NCBI GenBank assembly: GCA_963718525.1
Contig: OY970355.1
Coordinates: 2,240,001-2,304,000, forward strand
DNA length: 64,000 bases
From: Candidatus Dormiibacterota bacterium
Lineage (GTDB): Bacteria; Chloroflexota; Dormibacteria; Aeolococcales; Aeolococcaceae
Reading direction: 5' to 3'
Position 1 is the first letter of the stretch. Every line of letters begins with the position of its first letter. Under the pieces are notes generated by a model, which saw nothing but the letters and a program-made list of their open reading frames with translations, had not been told where the DNA came from and did not search any database. The translations under genes and the position numbers were made by a program. Of the stretch, positions 40,358-50,851 are shown in pieces.

Positions 40358-41437
40358 CGAGTTATCTGAGCAGACTTGGCAGCAGCCCGCAGCTCGTTCC
40401 CGACGCACTCGACGCGCTCTGGAAACCTTGAATCAGCGAAACGCCGGGGTAGTTCTCGTCGCTCGTTCCCATCGAAATATCGTCCTACCACATCGGCCGG
40501 CTCGGCGAAAACAAGCGCCTCACAGTGCCGAGCGGCTCGCACAGGGTCTGCGCGACGTTGGAAGAACCGGACGATTGGGAAGATATAGCGCCAAGCAGGT
40601 ACGGCTTCGGGGGTAAGAGACTGAGTCATCGGAGTCCAGGCCATGCCGGGGTTCACTGTGGTCGCGATTAGTTCGCCTGGGGACACCCGACGAGCGACTC
40701 CCATGGTCCATAGCAGCGTAAACAGCTTTGCCCGTCCGTGGACATAGATGCCGACGTAGTTCTTCTCTGCTTGAACGTCGTCGAACGGATCCCCCTTGGT
40801 CATCTTGAACGAGCTCGACACAACGTTCACGCAGCGAACCTGACCAGAGCGAGTGGCCAGCAGGGGTATGAGAGCCTCCGTCAAGACAAAAGGCGCGAGG
40901 AAGTTCACCGCCAGCGTCATCTCATAGCCGTCTTCGGTGAGCAGCCGCTTCGGAAAGATGCCGCCGACGTTGTTAACGAGCACGTCGAGGTGATCGAACC
41001 GAGATGCAATCAGCCGCGCGAGACTTCTCGTTTGCGGCAATCGTCGAATGATCAACGGGCACAAACTCCACCTGACCGTGCCCTGCCAGTTCGCGAATCG
41101 CGCGGACGGCGTCCGCTCCTCGCGCAGGATCGCGCCCGGTGATCAACACTGTCGCTCCGCGGAGAGCGAGGAGACGCGCGGTCTGGAATCCGATCCCTGC
41201 TGTCGCGCCGGTGACCACGGCCGACTTGCCAGTAGGCTCGGCATGAAGCGAGAACGTCGGCTTGGCGAGGTCGAAGCGGCTTCCGGGGACTTCTGGAACG
41301 CGGTCCTCTCCGGGCGCCCCGGAGGACAGTCCGATTGGCCCGAGGTTCTGTCGTCCTGCCGTATCGGTGTCCACGCCGTCAAGGGAGACGACCTTCCCGT
41401 CTGCTGTGCCCGCGGCAGTACCTTCGATCGGGGGCAT
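40354..41437 (-). pseudogene. SDR-family oxidoreductase with a frameshift near 41025
   Basis: VVTGATAGIG in one frame; LDVLVNNVGG, VNFLAPF, NVVSS, HGRAK and VNPG in the next. Confidence 0.8.
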
Positions 41438-41518
41438 GATCAACTAGCGTCCCTTTTTAGGATTCTCTCAGACTGCCTGTATGATTAAAGCAATACGACT
41501 AGGAACTTGTCAACCCGG

Positions 41519-42121
41519 ATGAGCCCACGCCCTTACCAACTTGGCAAACGCCAGGACCAGATCGACCAAAGCCGCCAGCGCATCGTTGACGCTGCGCGGT
41601 CCCTACTCGCCGAAGCGACCACCTACACCGACTTCACCATGGATTCTGTGGCCCGAAGGGCCGACGTCGCCCGGGCAACCGTCTACTACCAGTTCGAATC
41701 GAAAACCGGTCTGCTCGAAGCGCTCTGTGACGACCTGGCTGAGGAGGCCCAGATGTCCGGGCTGGCGGAGGCGTTCGCAGCCCCCGACCCGATCGAGGCC
41801 CTGCGCCTCTTCATCGCTTCATTTGGTCGCTTCTGGGCCATCGACCGTCCGGTCATGCGCCGCTTACGAGCCCTCGCGGCGCTAGACCCAGAGGTAGAAG
41901 CAGTCATCGCGGCGAGGGATGCGCGGCGGCGTACGGGCTTGGTGGTGCTTCTCGGCAAGCGGCCCAACGACGCTGTCGCCCGTCCAGAAAGGGACCGAGC
42001 CGCTGAGATGCTCTATACCATCACGAGCTTCGAAACCTTCGACACACTGGCAGGACCTGATCAGGAACTCACGGCTGTCGTTGGCGATGTCGTCTACATC
42101 GCAGAACGCCTGCTGGCGTGA
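41519..42121 (+). CDS. TetR-family regulator
   Basis: FTMDSVARRADVARATVYYQFESKTGLL; divergent from the SDR gene. Confidence 0.92.
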   Translation: MSPRPYQLGKRQDQIDQSRQRIVDAARSLLAEATTYTDFTMDSVARRADVARATVYYQFESKTGLLEALCDDLAEEAQMSGLAEAFAAPDPIEALRLFIASFGRFWAIDRPVMRRLRALAALDPEVEAVIAARDARRRTGLVVLLGKRPNDAVARPERDRAAEMLYTITSFETFDTLAGPDQELTAVVGDVVYIAERLLA

Positions 42122-42275
42122 GCCAGCGCTGGCACGACTGAATGGCTGACGGACTCGGCCGAGGAAGACGCTGCTGTCTCACCTGGGGTGCAACCGAAAC
42201 ACTCGGCGAATGGGCATCCCGCGTCACGCCCCGCGGGTCGGGGTTTCGTGCCGCTGCCGGCATAGCTGCCGTCAC

Positions 42276-43223
42276 CTAGTTGTAATGCCCAGACACGTTG
42301 TTGAGGCGTGAGATGGGTGGGAGCTGACCGAGACCGGTGTGGGCACGGTGATGGTTGTAGATGTGCAGCCAGGTCGTCAAGGCCTGGGCGCGTCGCTGAT
42401 TTGAGGCATAGGGTCGAACGTATGCCCATTCTTCAAGCAAGGTCCGGTTGAAGCGCTCGACCTTGCCGTTGGTCTGAGGCCGGCGCGGCTGCGTGAAGCG
42501 CTGCACCGCGCCACTTTGGAGCACCGCGGCTCGGAAGATGACGGAGTTCCGGTAGGCGAAGGCGTTGTCGGTGAGCACACGTTGCACCGCGATGCCGTGG
42601 GCCGCGAAGAACCCCGTGGCACGAACCCAGAATGCAGCGGCAGTCGGACCTTTTTCGTCGCTGCAGATCTCCGAGTAGGCAAGCCGTGAGTGATCGTCCA
42701 CCGCGGAGTGGATGTAGTCGTAGCCGACACCGGTGGAGGGATGTCCGAGGCGCCCGTGCACACGCCAGCCACCGCCGGGCGGGATCCGCCCCAGCTTCTT
42801 GACATCGACGTGGACCAGGTCGCCCGGGTGTTCGTGCTCGTAGCGACGAATCACGCGTCCCGTGGGTCGATCCATCCAACTCAGCCGATTCAACTGCCGG
42901 CGCACCAACACGCGATGGACGGTCGAGGCCGGCATCTGCAGGCGGACGGCGATCCGGACTGGACCGAGCTTGGTGCGGCGTCGCAAAGCCTCGATCCGGC
43001 GCTCCACCCGCGCCGATGTCCGCCGTGGGCTGCGCAGCGGCCGGGAGCTCCGATCGAGCAGACCCGCCTCGCCCTCTCGGACGTACCGATGCCACCACTT
43101 GTACGCCGTCGCCCGGGACACGCCCATCTCGCCGGCGACGTGCGCCGCGGGACGTCCTTGGGCAATTCGCTGAACCAGAATCAGCCTGCCTACTGGGGTG
43201 AGTACCGCCTTAGGATGGGACAC
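42276..43223 (-). CDS. IS481 transposase
   Basis: MSHPKAVLT, PGDLVHVDVKKLG, VDDHSRLAY, LTDNA, PQTNGKVERFNRTL. Confidence 0.95.
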   Translation of the reverse strand: MSHPKAVLTPVGRLILVQRIAQGRPAAHVAGEMGVSRATAYKWWHRYVREGEAGLLDRSSRPLRSPRRTSARVERRIEALRRRTKLGPVRIAVRLQMPASTVHRVLVRRQLNRLSWMDRPTGRVIRRYEHEHPGDLVHVDVKKLGRIPPGGGWRVHGRLGHPSTGVGYDYIHSAVDDHSRLAYSEICSDEKGPTAAAFWVRATGFFAAHGIAVQRVLTDNAFAYRNSVIFRAAVLQSGAVQRFTQPRRPQTNGKVERFNRTLLEEWAYVRPYASNQRRAQALTTWLHIYNHHRAHTGLGQLPPISRLNNVSGHYN

Positions 43224-43309
43224 CGGAGAGCCTCCGTCTGGGTGGATTTCAACAACCCAAACTCAGCCGCGGGGCTCTCTCTTTGTCAACAACCTCTATG
43301 GGCACTACA
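42281..43309 (-). mobile_element. IS481-family element
   Basis: TGT...ACA ends; IRs TGTAATGCCCAGACACGTTGTTGA / TGTAGTGCCCATAGAGGTTGTTGA; 6-bp TSD CCTAGT at 42275-42280 and 43310-43315. Confidence 0.93.
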
Positions 43310-43772
43310 CCTAGTGCCGTGAAGGAACGCCGGCCGCGGCGATGGGAGCCGCAGTTCTTCAAGGTGTCGCGACAGATCCTCGCCCGAAGGAGCGACACAC
43401 GATGCCCATAGAGGTCCATTACTGGGTGGCTACTGGTAATGGCTGGCAGCGCGTCCGTAGGGATGCGATAGAGCGACATCCCTTTCGACGTTCGAGGGAG
43501 TCGAGCTTCACTCAGTCGTGGCTGATCGCACTCGATGCGCTCCGAGGGGATGTATTGACGATGTGCGAGGTTGCTGAGATTGGTGCGGGCTGGCACAACT
43601 TGCTGCTCCCATGCGGGCCGGGTATTACGGAATCGCTACCATCGTGCCGAACGCGCCACCATCTTGCTAGGCAGCGCTGTCAGCGGCCAGCGCACCTCAC
43701 GACCGTTGAGCACGCTGCGACGGCGAGCGAGCCAGCCCCAGTCCGCGGGGATCACTCGTTGTATGAACGTCC

Positions 43773-45068
43773 TCACGTGATCGAGAAATAGCCGGAGATG
43801 CCAAAGATGGAGGACTTGGTTGTCGACAGGATCTTGATCTGGCAGGTGGTCGCGCTGGCGAGCGTGGCTCCAATATTCCACGTGTAGGTACCGGCGGAAG
43901 TCAGCACTGTTTTCGCGATCGTTTTTACAAGCTTTCCGGCCTTGAAGAGTTGGATATTCACGTGGGCTCCGAAACTGCCCACGGATGACCAAGTGATTGA
44001 GTGCGAGCTACCTCGCGCCCAGGAGGTGCCGACGGTGGGCGCGGTGACGCTGATGCTCGTGATCGGCACCAACACGCCCTGGTTCGAGGAGTTTTTGCCC
44101 ACCGCCTCGCAGGTGGTGGCGGTGGGGCAGGCCACACCACTGAGCTGTCCGGCCGAGATCACCTGGGCGCTACCCAGGGTGCCGTCGGTGACGGTCGCCA
44201 CCACACCCTGTTTCGAGGAGTTCCAGCCCACCACCTCGCACGTGGCGGCACTGGGGCAGGCCACGCCTCCGCCGTAACGGGTGTGCGAGACCACCTGGGC
44301 GCTCCCCGGGGTGCCGTCGGTGATGGGCACCACCAGCCCCTGTCCGGTCGCGAGCGGCTCGGTAGTGCCTACCGCCTCGCAGCTGGTGGCGCTGGTGCAG
44401 GCCACATCGTTGAGTTCGGTGCCCGAGCCCACCTCCTGGGCGATGCCCGGGATGCCGCTGGTGATCGTCACCACTTCACCCCCCGACGGGCCGCCGCCCA
44501 CCGTCTCGCAGGTGGTGGCGCTGAGACAGGTCACACCAGAGAGCCAACCCGTGCTCGAGACCACCTGGGCGGTGCCCGGGGTGCCGCTGGTGATCGTCAC
44601 CACCACACCCTGGGGTGACACCGCGGAGTTGGTGCCCGCGGCCTCGCAGGTGGTGGCGCTGGAGCAGGCCACACCAAAGAGGACAATGGTGCCCGAGACC
44701 ACCTGGGCGGTGCCCGGGGTGCCATTGGTGATCGTCACCACCACGCCCTGGTTCGAGGAGTTGGTGCCCACCGCCTCGCAGGTGGTGGCGCTGGAGCAGC
44801 CCACGCCTTCGAGGATCTCGGCGCCCGAGACCACATGGGCGGTGCCCGGGGTGCCATTGGTGATCGTCACCACCACGCCCTGGTTCGAGGAGTTGGCGCC
44901 CACCGCCTCGCAGGTGGTGGCGCCGGAGCAGGCCACCCGGTAGAGGTTACTGGTGCCCGAGACCACCTGGGTGGTGGTGCTGGCCTTGGCAATGACGCCA
45001 AGAGCACTGGCCCCCGCCATGGCGGCGACGAAAACTGGAAGCATGAGCCAACGGATTCTCGTGGGCAC
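43773..45068 (-). CDS. Secreted protein with seven Cys-pair repeats and a C-terminal Ig-like domain
   Basis: Signal peptide; 7 x (A/G/T)C..A..CE..G units about 45 aa apart; ISVTAPTVGTSW..ITW..GTYTWNI tail. Confidence 0.8.
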   Translation of the reverse strand: MPTRIRWLMLPVFVAAMAGASALGVIAKASTTTQVVSGTSNLYRVACSGATTCEAVGANSSNQGVVVTITNGTPGTAHVVSGAEILEGVGCSSATTCEAVGTNSSNQGVVVTITNGTPGTAQVVSGTIVLFGVACSSATTCEAAGTNSAVSPQGVVVTITSGTPGTAQVVSSTGWLSGVTCLSATTCETVGGGPSGGEVVTITSGIPGIAQEVGSGTELNDVACTSATSCEAVGTTEPLATGQGLVVPITDGTPGSAQVVSHTRYGGGVACPSAATCEVVGWNSSKQGVVATVTDGTLGSAQVISAGQLSGVACPTATTCEAVGKNSSNQGVLVPITSISVTAPTVGTSWARGSSHSITWSSVGSFGAHVNIQLFKAGKLVKTIAKTVLTSAGTYTWNIGATLASATTCQIKILSTTKSSIFGISGYFSIT

Positions 45069-45294
45069 GGATAAATCTCCAGGTTCCTTTCGCCAGCTTG
45101 GCCAGGATGCTACTCCTGAAGATCTTGGTCCGGTTGACGGGTTCCGTCATGGCGCCAGCGCTGTCTGACCCAGGACGCGGATGTGGGTCGCTCTGGGAGT
45201 GACCTCGCCGAGCGGAATGGCAAGCACCTACCCAGATCACAAGTCGCGCGGTTGTCGGGGCCAGCGACCGTTGCCCGTCGATGGCAGGTTCAAC

Positions 45295-46572
45295 TCAGCG
45301 GACACCCTTCACGCGCAGGATGGCGATCGCGCCGACGATGGCGCAGACCCCGGCGGCGGCGTAGAGCACACCGTAGCTGCCGCCAGCGATTGCCAGGATG
45401 GCAGGCGCCAATGCCGGAGCGAGGGAGAAGGGAAGGGCGCCCGCAATGTTGAAGACGCCGAGATCCTTGCCGTTGTGGCCAGGATTCGGGAGAACGTCAG
45501 CGACGAGCGCGAGGTCGACCGCCGCGAACACTCCGAATCCCAGCCCGCTGATCGCCATGCCGACCAGAAATCCGTTGAAGTTGCTGGCCATCGCGACGGC
45601 GATCATTGCGAGGCCGTACACGACCGCAGCGGTACACACGAAGATCTTCCGCCGCCCTGTCCGGTCGGAGAGGTGGCCACCGATCAGGGAAGCCGCCACG
45701 ATGACAATCCCCTGCACGAGCGTGCCAAGAAAAATCTGCTGCGGCACGTCAGCGACGGAGCTGCCGATCTTCTGAATCAGGTAGTACGCCTCATAGGTGG
45801 CGAGCACGGCGTAGGCCATCAGAAACATGAAGCGACTGACGAAAGCCCATGCAAAGTCAGGGCTTGTTCGCGGTTTCACATAGAAGGTGCTGGCGAACTC
45901 CCGTATGGACCACGCCGGCCTGTCCACCTTGGCAAGGTGCCGATCCTTCAGTACAACCGCGAAGAGCAGGATGAAAAATCCTCCTGTCGCGCACGGGACC
46001 AGGAATGTGGCGACCTGCTGTCCCGCGAAGAGTTTCACGATATACGTGCCGCTGACAGCAGCGATCGGCAGGCAGATGCCCAGCACCCCGGATACGGTCC
46101 CGCGTTGAGCGACTGGGATCTGGTCGGGAAGCACCGCCGCGAGCGAAGCCAGCATGGCGTTGAAGAACAGCTGGGCGACGCACCAGCCGAGAAGCACCAC
46201 CGGGATGCTGGGAGCGAACGAAACGATCGCGACGCCGAGGGTGCCGCCGACCACGCCGATCACCATCCATGGCCGGCGCATGCCCAGTCGTGAGGAGGTG
46301 CGGTCGCTCATCCGTCCGAAGAACGGATTGCCGAACATCGCCACGAAAGCACCGACGCTGGCGACCAGCGCCAGGCTGCCGGGCGCTTGTTTGATGCCAA
46401 CCAGCGAGCTGATCTTCAGGGGAAGGGTCACCAGTATTGGCGCCTGGAAGACAAGGTTGGCGCTCATGTACGCCAAGGTGAAGAGGGAGATGAACCCCCA
46501 TCCAACTCTTGCTGTAGGCACCTTCCGGCGCAGCGCAGCCTCGGCCGCCAGTTCGTAGGTGACGTCGGCCAT
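45295..46572 (-). CDS. MFS transporter
   Basis: GRMSDRT..GMRRPW, GHLSDRTGRRK, about 12 TM. Confidence 0.92.
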   Translation of the reverse strand: MADVTYELAAEAALRRKVPTARVGWGFISLFTLAYMSANLVFQAPILVTLPLKISSLVGIKQAPGSLALVASVGAFVAMFGNPFFGRMSDRTSSRLGMRRPWMVIGVVGGTLGVAIVSFAPSIPVVLLGWCVAQLFFNAMLASLAAVLPDQIPVAQRGTVSGVLGICLPIAAVSGTYIVKLFAGQQVATFLVPCATGGFFILLFAVVLKDRHLAKVDRPAWSIREFASTFYVKPRTSPDFAWAFVSRFMFLMAYAVLATYEAYYLIQKIGSSVADVPQQIFLGTLVQGIVIVAASLIGGHLSDRTGRRKIFVCTAAVVYGLAMIAVAMASNFNGFLVGMAISGLGFGVFAAVDLALVADVLPNPGHNGKDLGVFNIAGALPFSLAPALAPAILAIAGGSYGVLYAAAGVCAIVGAIAILRVKGVR

Positions 46573-46634
46573 CGCGCCCGCAGTGTGGCCCTTTTGGAGG
46601 GACTACGTATCGCCAGAAGGCATCCTGACGTCCG

Positions 46635-48935
46635 TCAGGGGCGCGGCAAGACCATCAACACCGCGATCTGGGAGCGTGAGTTGACTCCGAGCTTGTTCAG
46701 GATGTGACCAATATGCGAATCCACAGTCCGCTCGGAGATGAACAGTCGGGCGGCGATCTGCTTGTTGCTCAAACCGTCCGCAACCAACGCCGCCACCTCC
46801 GCCTCCCGCTTCGCGAGAGGGCTGGCGTCGGCGCCAAACGAAGCAGCGACCGGGCTCGGATCAGATTCACCGAGAGCCAGCCGCACCGCTGCGTCGCAAC
46901 TCAAGCGTTTGCCCGCCTCAAACTCGGTCTCGAACTGCGCTGTCCCGAGGGATTTTGTCGCCAACTCTCTGGCATGGGTCTGGAATGGCGCGTGCGGTCC
47001 AATGATCGTTGCGCCGGCACCAGCACCGATGGTTTGCGCTGCCCCAAGCAACCGAGCCGCGAGGCGCGCCTGCCCGGCGCTCGCGGCGAGCGAACTCATG
47101 GCCGCCAGAATGTAAAACTCGGCTATCCGGTCGTCGATCTGCCGTGCCACCCGCAAGGCCTCGCCGGCTCCCGCATTTGCGTCTGCAAGATCGCCATTCG
47201 TCATGGCGATTGCAGCGACGTTGCGAAGCATCGATGCGAGGTAAAAGAGGTCGCCGGCGTCGCGACTCAGACGCAGGCCCTCAGAGGTGGACGCCGCGGC
47301 GGCGTCGATGTCGTTTGCGAAGAACGCATGGACAGCGCGCGCCTGCACGAGCTCGATGGTCGCAGCATAGTCGGTGAGCGCCGCAGTGATTGCTTCGGCC
47401 TCATCCAGAAAGCCGCTTGCACCTGTGGGATTGCCGATCTGGTTCTCGGCGTTGGCTGCGATCGAGAGTGCCTGCGCCAGCTCCGATGGCTGTTGTGTTT
47501 CCCGAGCCGTTGCGATGGCTCGAGCGAGCCACGGCCTCGCCGCCGCAGGGTCCGCCTGCAACACGCTCAGCCATCCGCGAAGGCAGAGAGCGCGCACCTG
47601 CGTGCGCGGGGACGCCTCGCCGGCAGCGACGAGTTGGTCCAGCCAGCGCATGCTCTCGGTGGTCCCATGCGTGATCCAGTAGTAACGGAGGCAGGCGGCG
47701 ATATCCAGGCCGCGCGCGGCGTCCCCGTGTACCACGCAACGCTGGAGTACCGCCCGGATGTTGTCAATCTCCAGCTCGACCCACGACAGCCACTCGGGGA
47801 GCTGGTACCGGCCCTCGGCCTCCATTGACAGGCAACGGGTCCGGTAATAGTCGATGCAACGCGTTGAGAGAGGTTCGTCCTCATCCTGCTCACGCAGCTT
47901 CAGCGTAGCGTACTCGCGCATCGTTTCGTGCATTCGATAACAGGAATGTCCGCTGTAGTCCTCCCGCATGAGCAGCGACTTGTCGACGAGCGATGAAAGA
48001 AGGTCCAGGGTGTCTGCGGCCGACAGGTCCGCGGATGCGCACACCAACTCGGCATCCTCAAGAGTGAATCGCGACGCGAAGACAGAGAGTCGACGCAGCA
48101 GGCTCTGCTCGCGCCCGGGCAGCAGGTCGTGGCTCCAGTCGATGGTCATTCGCAATGTTTGATGACGGGGGAGTGCGGCGCGGCTTCCACCGGTGAGGAG
48201 GCCGAAGCGGTCACGTAGCCGCTCGAGCACCTGCTCCACATCGAGGACGCGGGTTCTGACCGCCGCGAGCTCGATCGCCAGCGGAAGGCCGTCGAGACGC
48301 CGGCACAACCCCACCACCGCCGCCTGGTTCGACGCGCTGAGGACGAAGGCTCCGGATGCCGCAGCTGCCCGCTCCGTGAACAGCGCGACCGCTTCGTTCT
48401 GGCGAAGTTGGGCGAGCGGTTCTGTTTCATGTTCGCCAGGCACCTGCAGCGGCGTGACCGGGACCACGTGCTCGCCGGCCAGCTGCAGCGGCTCGCGGCT
48501 GGTGGCGATCACGCGGACGTTCGGAGCGGAGCGAAGCACGCCGGACACGAGTTGAGCTGCCGCATCGAGAACGTGCTCGCAGTTGTCGAGCACCAGCAGC
48601 AGTTCCTTCTGGTGCCAGTAGGAGACCAGGATCTGCAGGGGGGTCATCCCGGCCTGGTCGCGGAGGTCGAGGCCGGCTAGCACGGCGCTGGCCACGAGCG
48701 ACTCATCGCGAACCTCGGCCAGTTCCACGAGCCAGGCGCCATCGTGGAAGCCTCGCGACAGATCGGCCGCGGCTCTCAACGCGAGCCTGGTCTTCCCGAC
48801 ACCGCCCGGGCCGACGAGGCTCACCAGGCGAGCGGTCGCGAGCTTCTGCCTGATCTCGGCCTGCTCGCGCCGGCGGCCGACGAAGCTCGTGGTTTCGGCG
48901 GGCAGGTTCCCCAAGGTCGTGCGTGGCCTGGCCAT
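46635..48935 (-). CDS. ATPase(NB-ARC-like)-TPR-LuxR transcriptional regulator
   Basis: GNLPAETTSFVGR, GPGGVGKT, LVLDNCEH, LDGLPLAIELAA, GLSNKQIAARLFISERTVDSH. Confidence 0.92.
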   Translation of the reverse strand: MARPRTTLGNLPAETTSFVGRRREQAEIRQKLATARLVSLVGPGGVGKTRLALRAAADLSRGFHDGAWLVELAEVRDESLVASAVLAGLDLRDQAGMTPLQILVSYWHQKELLLVLDNCEHVLDAAAQLVSGVLRSAPNVRVIATSREPLQLAGEHVVPVTPLQVPGEHETEPLAQLRQNEAVALFTERAAAASGAFVLSASNQAAVVGLCRRLDGLPLAIELAAVRTRVLDVEQVLERLRDRFGLLTGGSRAALPRHQTLRMTIDWSHDLLPGREQSLLRRLSVFASRFTLEDAELVCASADLSAADTLDLLSSLVDKSLLMREDYSGHSCYRMHETMREYATLKLREQDEDEPLSTRCIDYYRTRCLSMEAEGRYQLPEWLSWVELEIDNIRAVLQRCVVHGDAARGLDIAACLRYYWITHGTTESMRWLDQLVAAGEASPRTQVRALCLRGWLSVLQADPAAARPWLARAIATARETQQPSELAQALSIAANAENQIGNPTGASGFLDEAEAITAALTDYAATIELVQARAVHAFFANDIDAAAASTSEGLRLSRDAGDLFYLASMLRNVAAIAMTNGDLADANAGAGEALRVARQIDDRIAEFYILAAMSSLAASAGQARLAARLLGAAQTIGAGAGATIIGPHAPFQTHARELATKSLGTAQFETEFEAGKRLSCDAAVRLALGESDPSPVAASFGADASPLAKREAEVAALVADGLSNKQIAARLFISERTVDSHIGHILNKLGVNSRSQIAVLMVLPRP

Positions 48936-49044
48936 GGCGGAGCCAACGGTACTCCGACAACTCAGTGCTGACCCGCGGGAGTAGGTATCGAATCCGTAAT
49001 CCTGCCGATTCGGCCGGTGCGGCTCGTGGCCCAGCCTGACGGGC

Positions 49045-49263
49045 ATGACTGATGAGCTCACGACCCAGCGTGTCGAAGCGACCTTCGTCGGCCGGCCTCC
49101 GGTGCGGCAGATTGCCCGAGCGTCGGGTGTGACCGACGTGGAAGTCGACGGCTGCGTGCTGCGCTGCACGGTGCACGGCAGCTTTCAACCCCTCCTTGAG
49201 GCGTTGCGCGGCTACGAGGTCATCGGCCTCACGTCCATTCCGACTTCGGACGGGGGTGGCTGA
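49045..49263 (+). CDS. Small protein resembling the C-terminal accessory domain of ABC ATPases
   Basis: GVTDVEVDG..LRCTVHGSFQPLLEAL..V..LTS. Confidence 0.5.
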   Translation: MTDELTTQRVEATFVGRPPVRQIARASGVTDVEVDGCVLRCTVHGSFQPLLEALRGYEVIGLTSIPTSDGGG

Positions 49264-49360
49264 TGGCCGCTAGGCGCACCACATCTCGCGACCCCGACCA
49301 GCTTGACGTACCCAGATCGCACCTCAATCGGTGCTCATTCATCAATCAAAGGAGAACGAC

Positions 49361-50044
49361 ATGACCGTCACACCGAACACCCTCTTCCGTGCAACCGGCG
49401 TTGCCGCCGCGGTGGCAGGACTGATCTTCATCGGCGTACAGATCGGCAGTCCGCATTTCGACGGCACCAACATCACCACGACCAATGCGGTCGTCCGCGA
49501 AAGCCTGAAGGTGCTGATGGCCGCTCTGGCCCTCGCCGGGATCAGCGGTATGTACCTGCTCCAGGTGAAGAAGATCGGCGTGCTCGGCCTGGTCGGGTAC
49601 CTCGCCTTCGCCACCGGGTATCTGACGATGTTCGGCATTGAATTCGTCGGTGCCTTTGTCCTTCCCTCGATCGCGCACAGTTCGCCCGCCTACGTCAGCA
49701 ACGCCATCGCCGCTGCCACAAACGGTACCGTCACCGGCAGCGTCGGGCTGATCAAGGTCGCCATCCTCGTCAACGGGATCACCTACCTCGCCGGCGGCTT
49801 CCTCTTCGGCATCGCACTCTTCCGCGCCAGCGTCCTCGCCCGGTGGGCCTCGGTGCTCCTTGCTTGCGGCAGCGTGGCAACGATCTTGACCGGCGTCATG
49901 CCGCAGTACGAGAGGCTGTTCGCGTTTCCCACCGGCGTCGCCCTGATCGGCCTCGGGTACTCCCTGTGGCATGTGCAGCACGCAGCAGCCGCACGGTCCG
50001 TCACCAGCGGTGTGACGCAGCTCGAGCCCGCCGCAGCCAAGTGA
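49361..50044 (+). CDS. Membrane protein
   Basis: RBS aaggag; about 6 TM; GFLFGIALFRASVLARWA. Confidence 0.8.
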   Translation: MTVTPNTLFRATGVAAAVAGLIFIGVQIGSPHFDGTNITTTNAVVRESLKVLMAALALAGISGMYLLQVKKIGVLGLVGYLAFATGYLTMFGIEFVGAFVLPSIAHSSPAYVSNAIAAATNGTVTGSVGLIKVAILVNGITYLAGGFLFGIALFRASVLARWASVLLACGSVATILTGVMPQYERLFAFPTGVALIGLGYSLWHVQHAAAARSVTSGVTQLEPAAAK

Positions 50045-50088
50045 CATCCAAGTCTCAAACATCAGCCGACTCAAAGGGAGACATCCAC

Positions 50089-50841
50089 ATGACCGCCTCG
50101 CGAAAGACCGCGCTCGTCGTGGGCGTGCTGTTCATCCTCACCTTTGTCACTTCGATCGTCGGAGAGCTCGCGTACGGACCTGTCCTGAGCGATCCCCACT
50201 ACATCACCGGTGCCGGTGCTGACCCCCGCGTGTTCGTAGGTGCGTTCTTCGAGCTGTTCCTCATCATCAGCAACATCGGATGCGCAGTGGTGCTCTTCCC
50301 GCTGCTGAAGCGACAGAACGAAGCCGTCGCACTCGGATACGTCACCGCTCGCATCGTCGAATGCACCTTCATCCTGATCGGCATCCTCAGCGTTCTCGCG
50401 GTCGTCACGTTGCGTCAGGGGGCGACTGGCGCGGATGCAGGCTCGCTCGTCACGGTCGGCAAGTCGCTCATCGCCATCAAGAATTGGTCGTTCCTGCTCG
50501 GGCCTGGCTTCATCGACGGCATCGGGACTGGGCTGATGCTCGGCTGGCTGATGTATCGGTCCGGCCTGGTACCACGCCGCGTGGCGCTGTTTGGCGTCAT
50601 CGGAGGGCCGATGCTCGCCGCGTCAGGCGCCGCCGTCCTGTTCGGCCTCTTCAAGGCAGGCTCGCCGATGCAGGGCATCGCGACAATCCCGGAGGTCATC
50701 TGGGAGGCCTACCTGGCCATCTGGCTCACCTTCAAAGGATTCAGTCCTTCTGCATTCGGAGCCGGCGAGACCGCGTACGCCCGGGCCGATGCAGTCCATC
50801 CCGCGCGCACGACCCTGACCAGAACAACACCAGTTAATTAG
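50089..50841 (+). CDS. DUF4386-like membrane protein
   Basis: RKTALVVGVLFILTF, AVVLFPLLKRQNE, YRSGLVPR, WEAYLAIWL..KGF. Confidence 0.8.
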   Translation: MTASRKTALVVGVLFILTFVTSIVGELAYGPVLSDPHYITGAGADPRVFVGAFFELFLIISNIGCAVVLFPLLKRQNEAVALGYVTARIVECTFILIGILSVLAVVTLRQGATGADAGSLVTVGKSLIAIKNWSFLLGPGFIDGIGTGLMLGWLMYRSGLVPRRVALFGVIGGPMLAASGAAVLFGLFKAGSPMQGIATIPEVIWEAYLAIWLTFKGFSPSAFGAGETAYARADAVHPARTTLTRTTPVN

Positions 50842-50851
50842 GAAAGAAGAC

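Noticed and set aside
41455-41471. TTTTAG-N5-TCTCAG as an OmpR/MprA-type box (similar weak motifs near 17702 and 30695)
   Set aside because: Short degenerate matches with no consistent consensus; cannot be distinguished from chance.
43950-44970. CRISPR-like or non-coding repeat array
   Set aside because: The repeats are in-frame units of the 43773-45068 protein.
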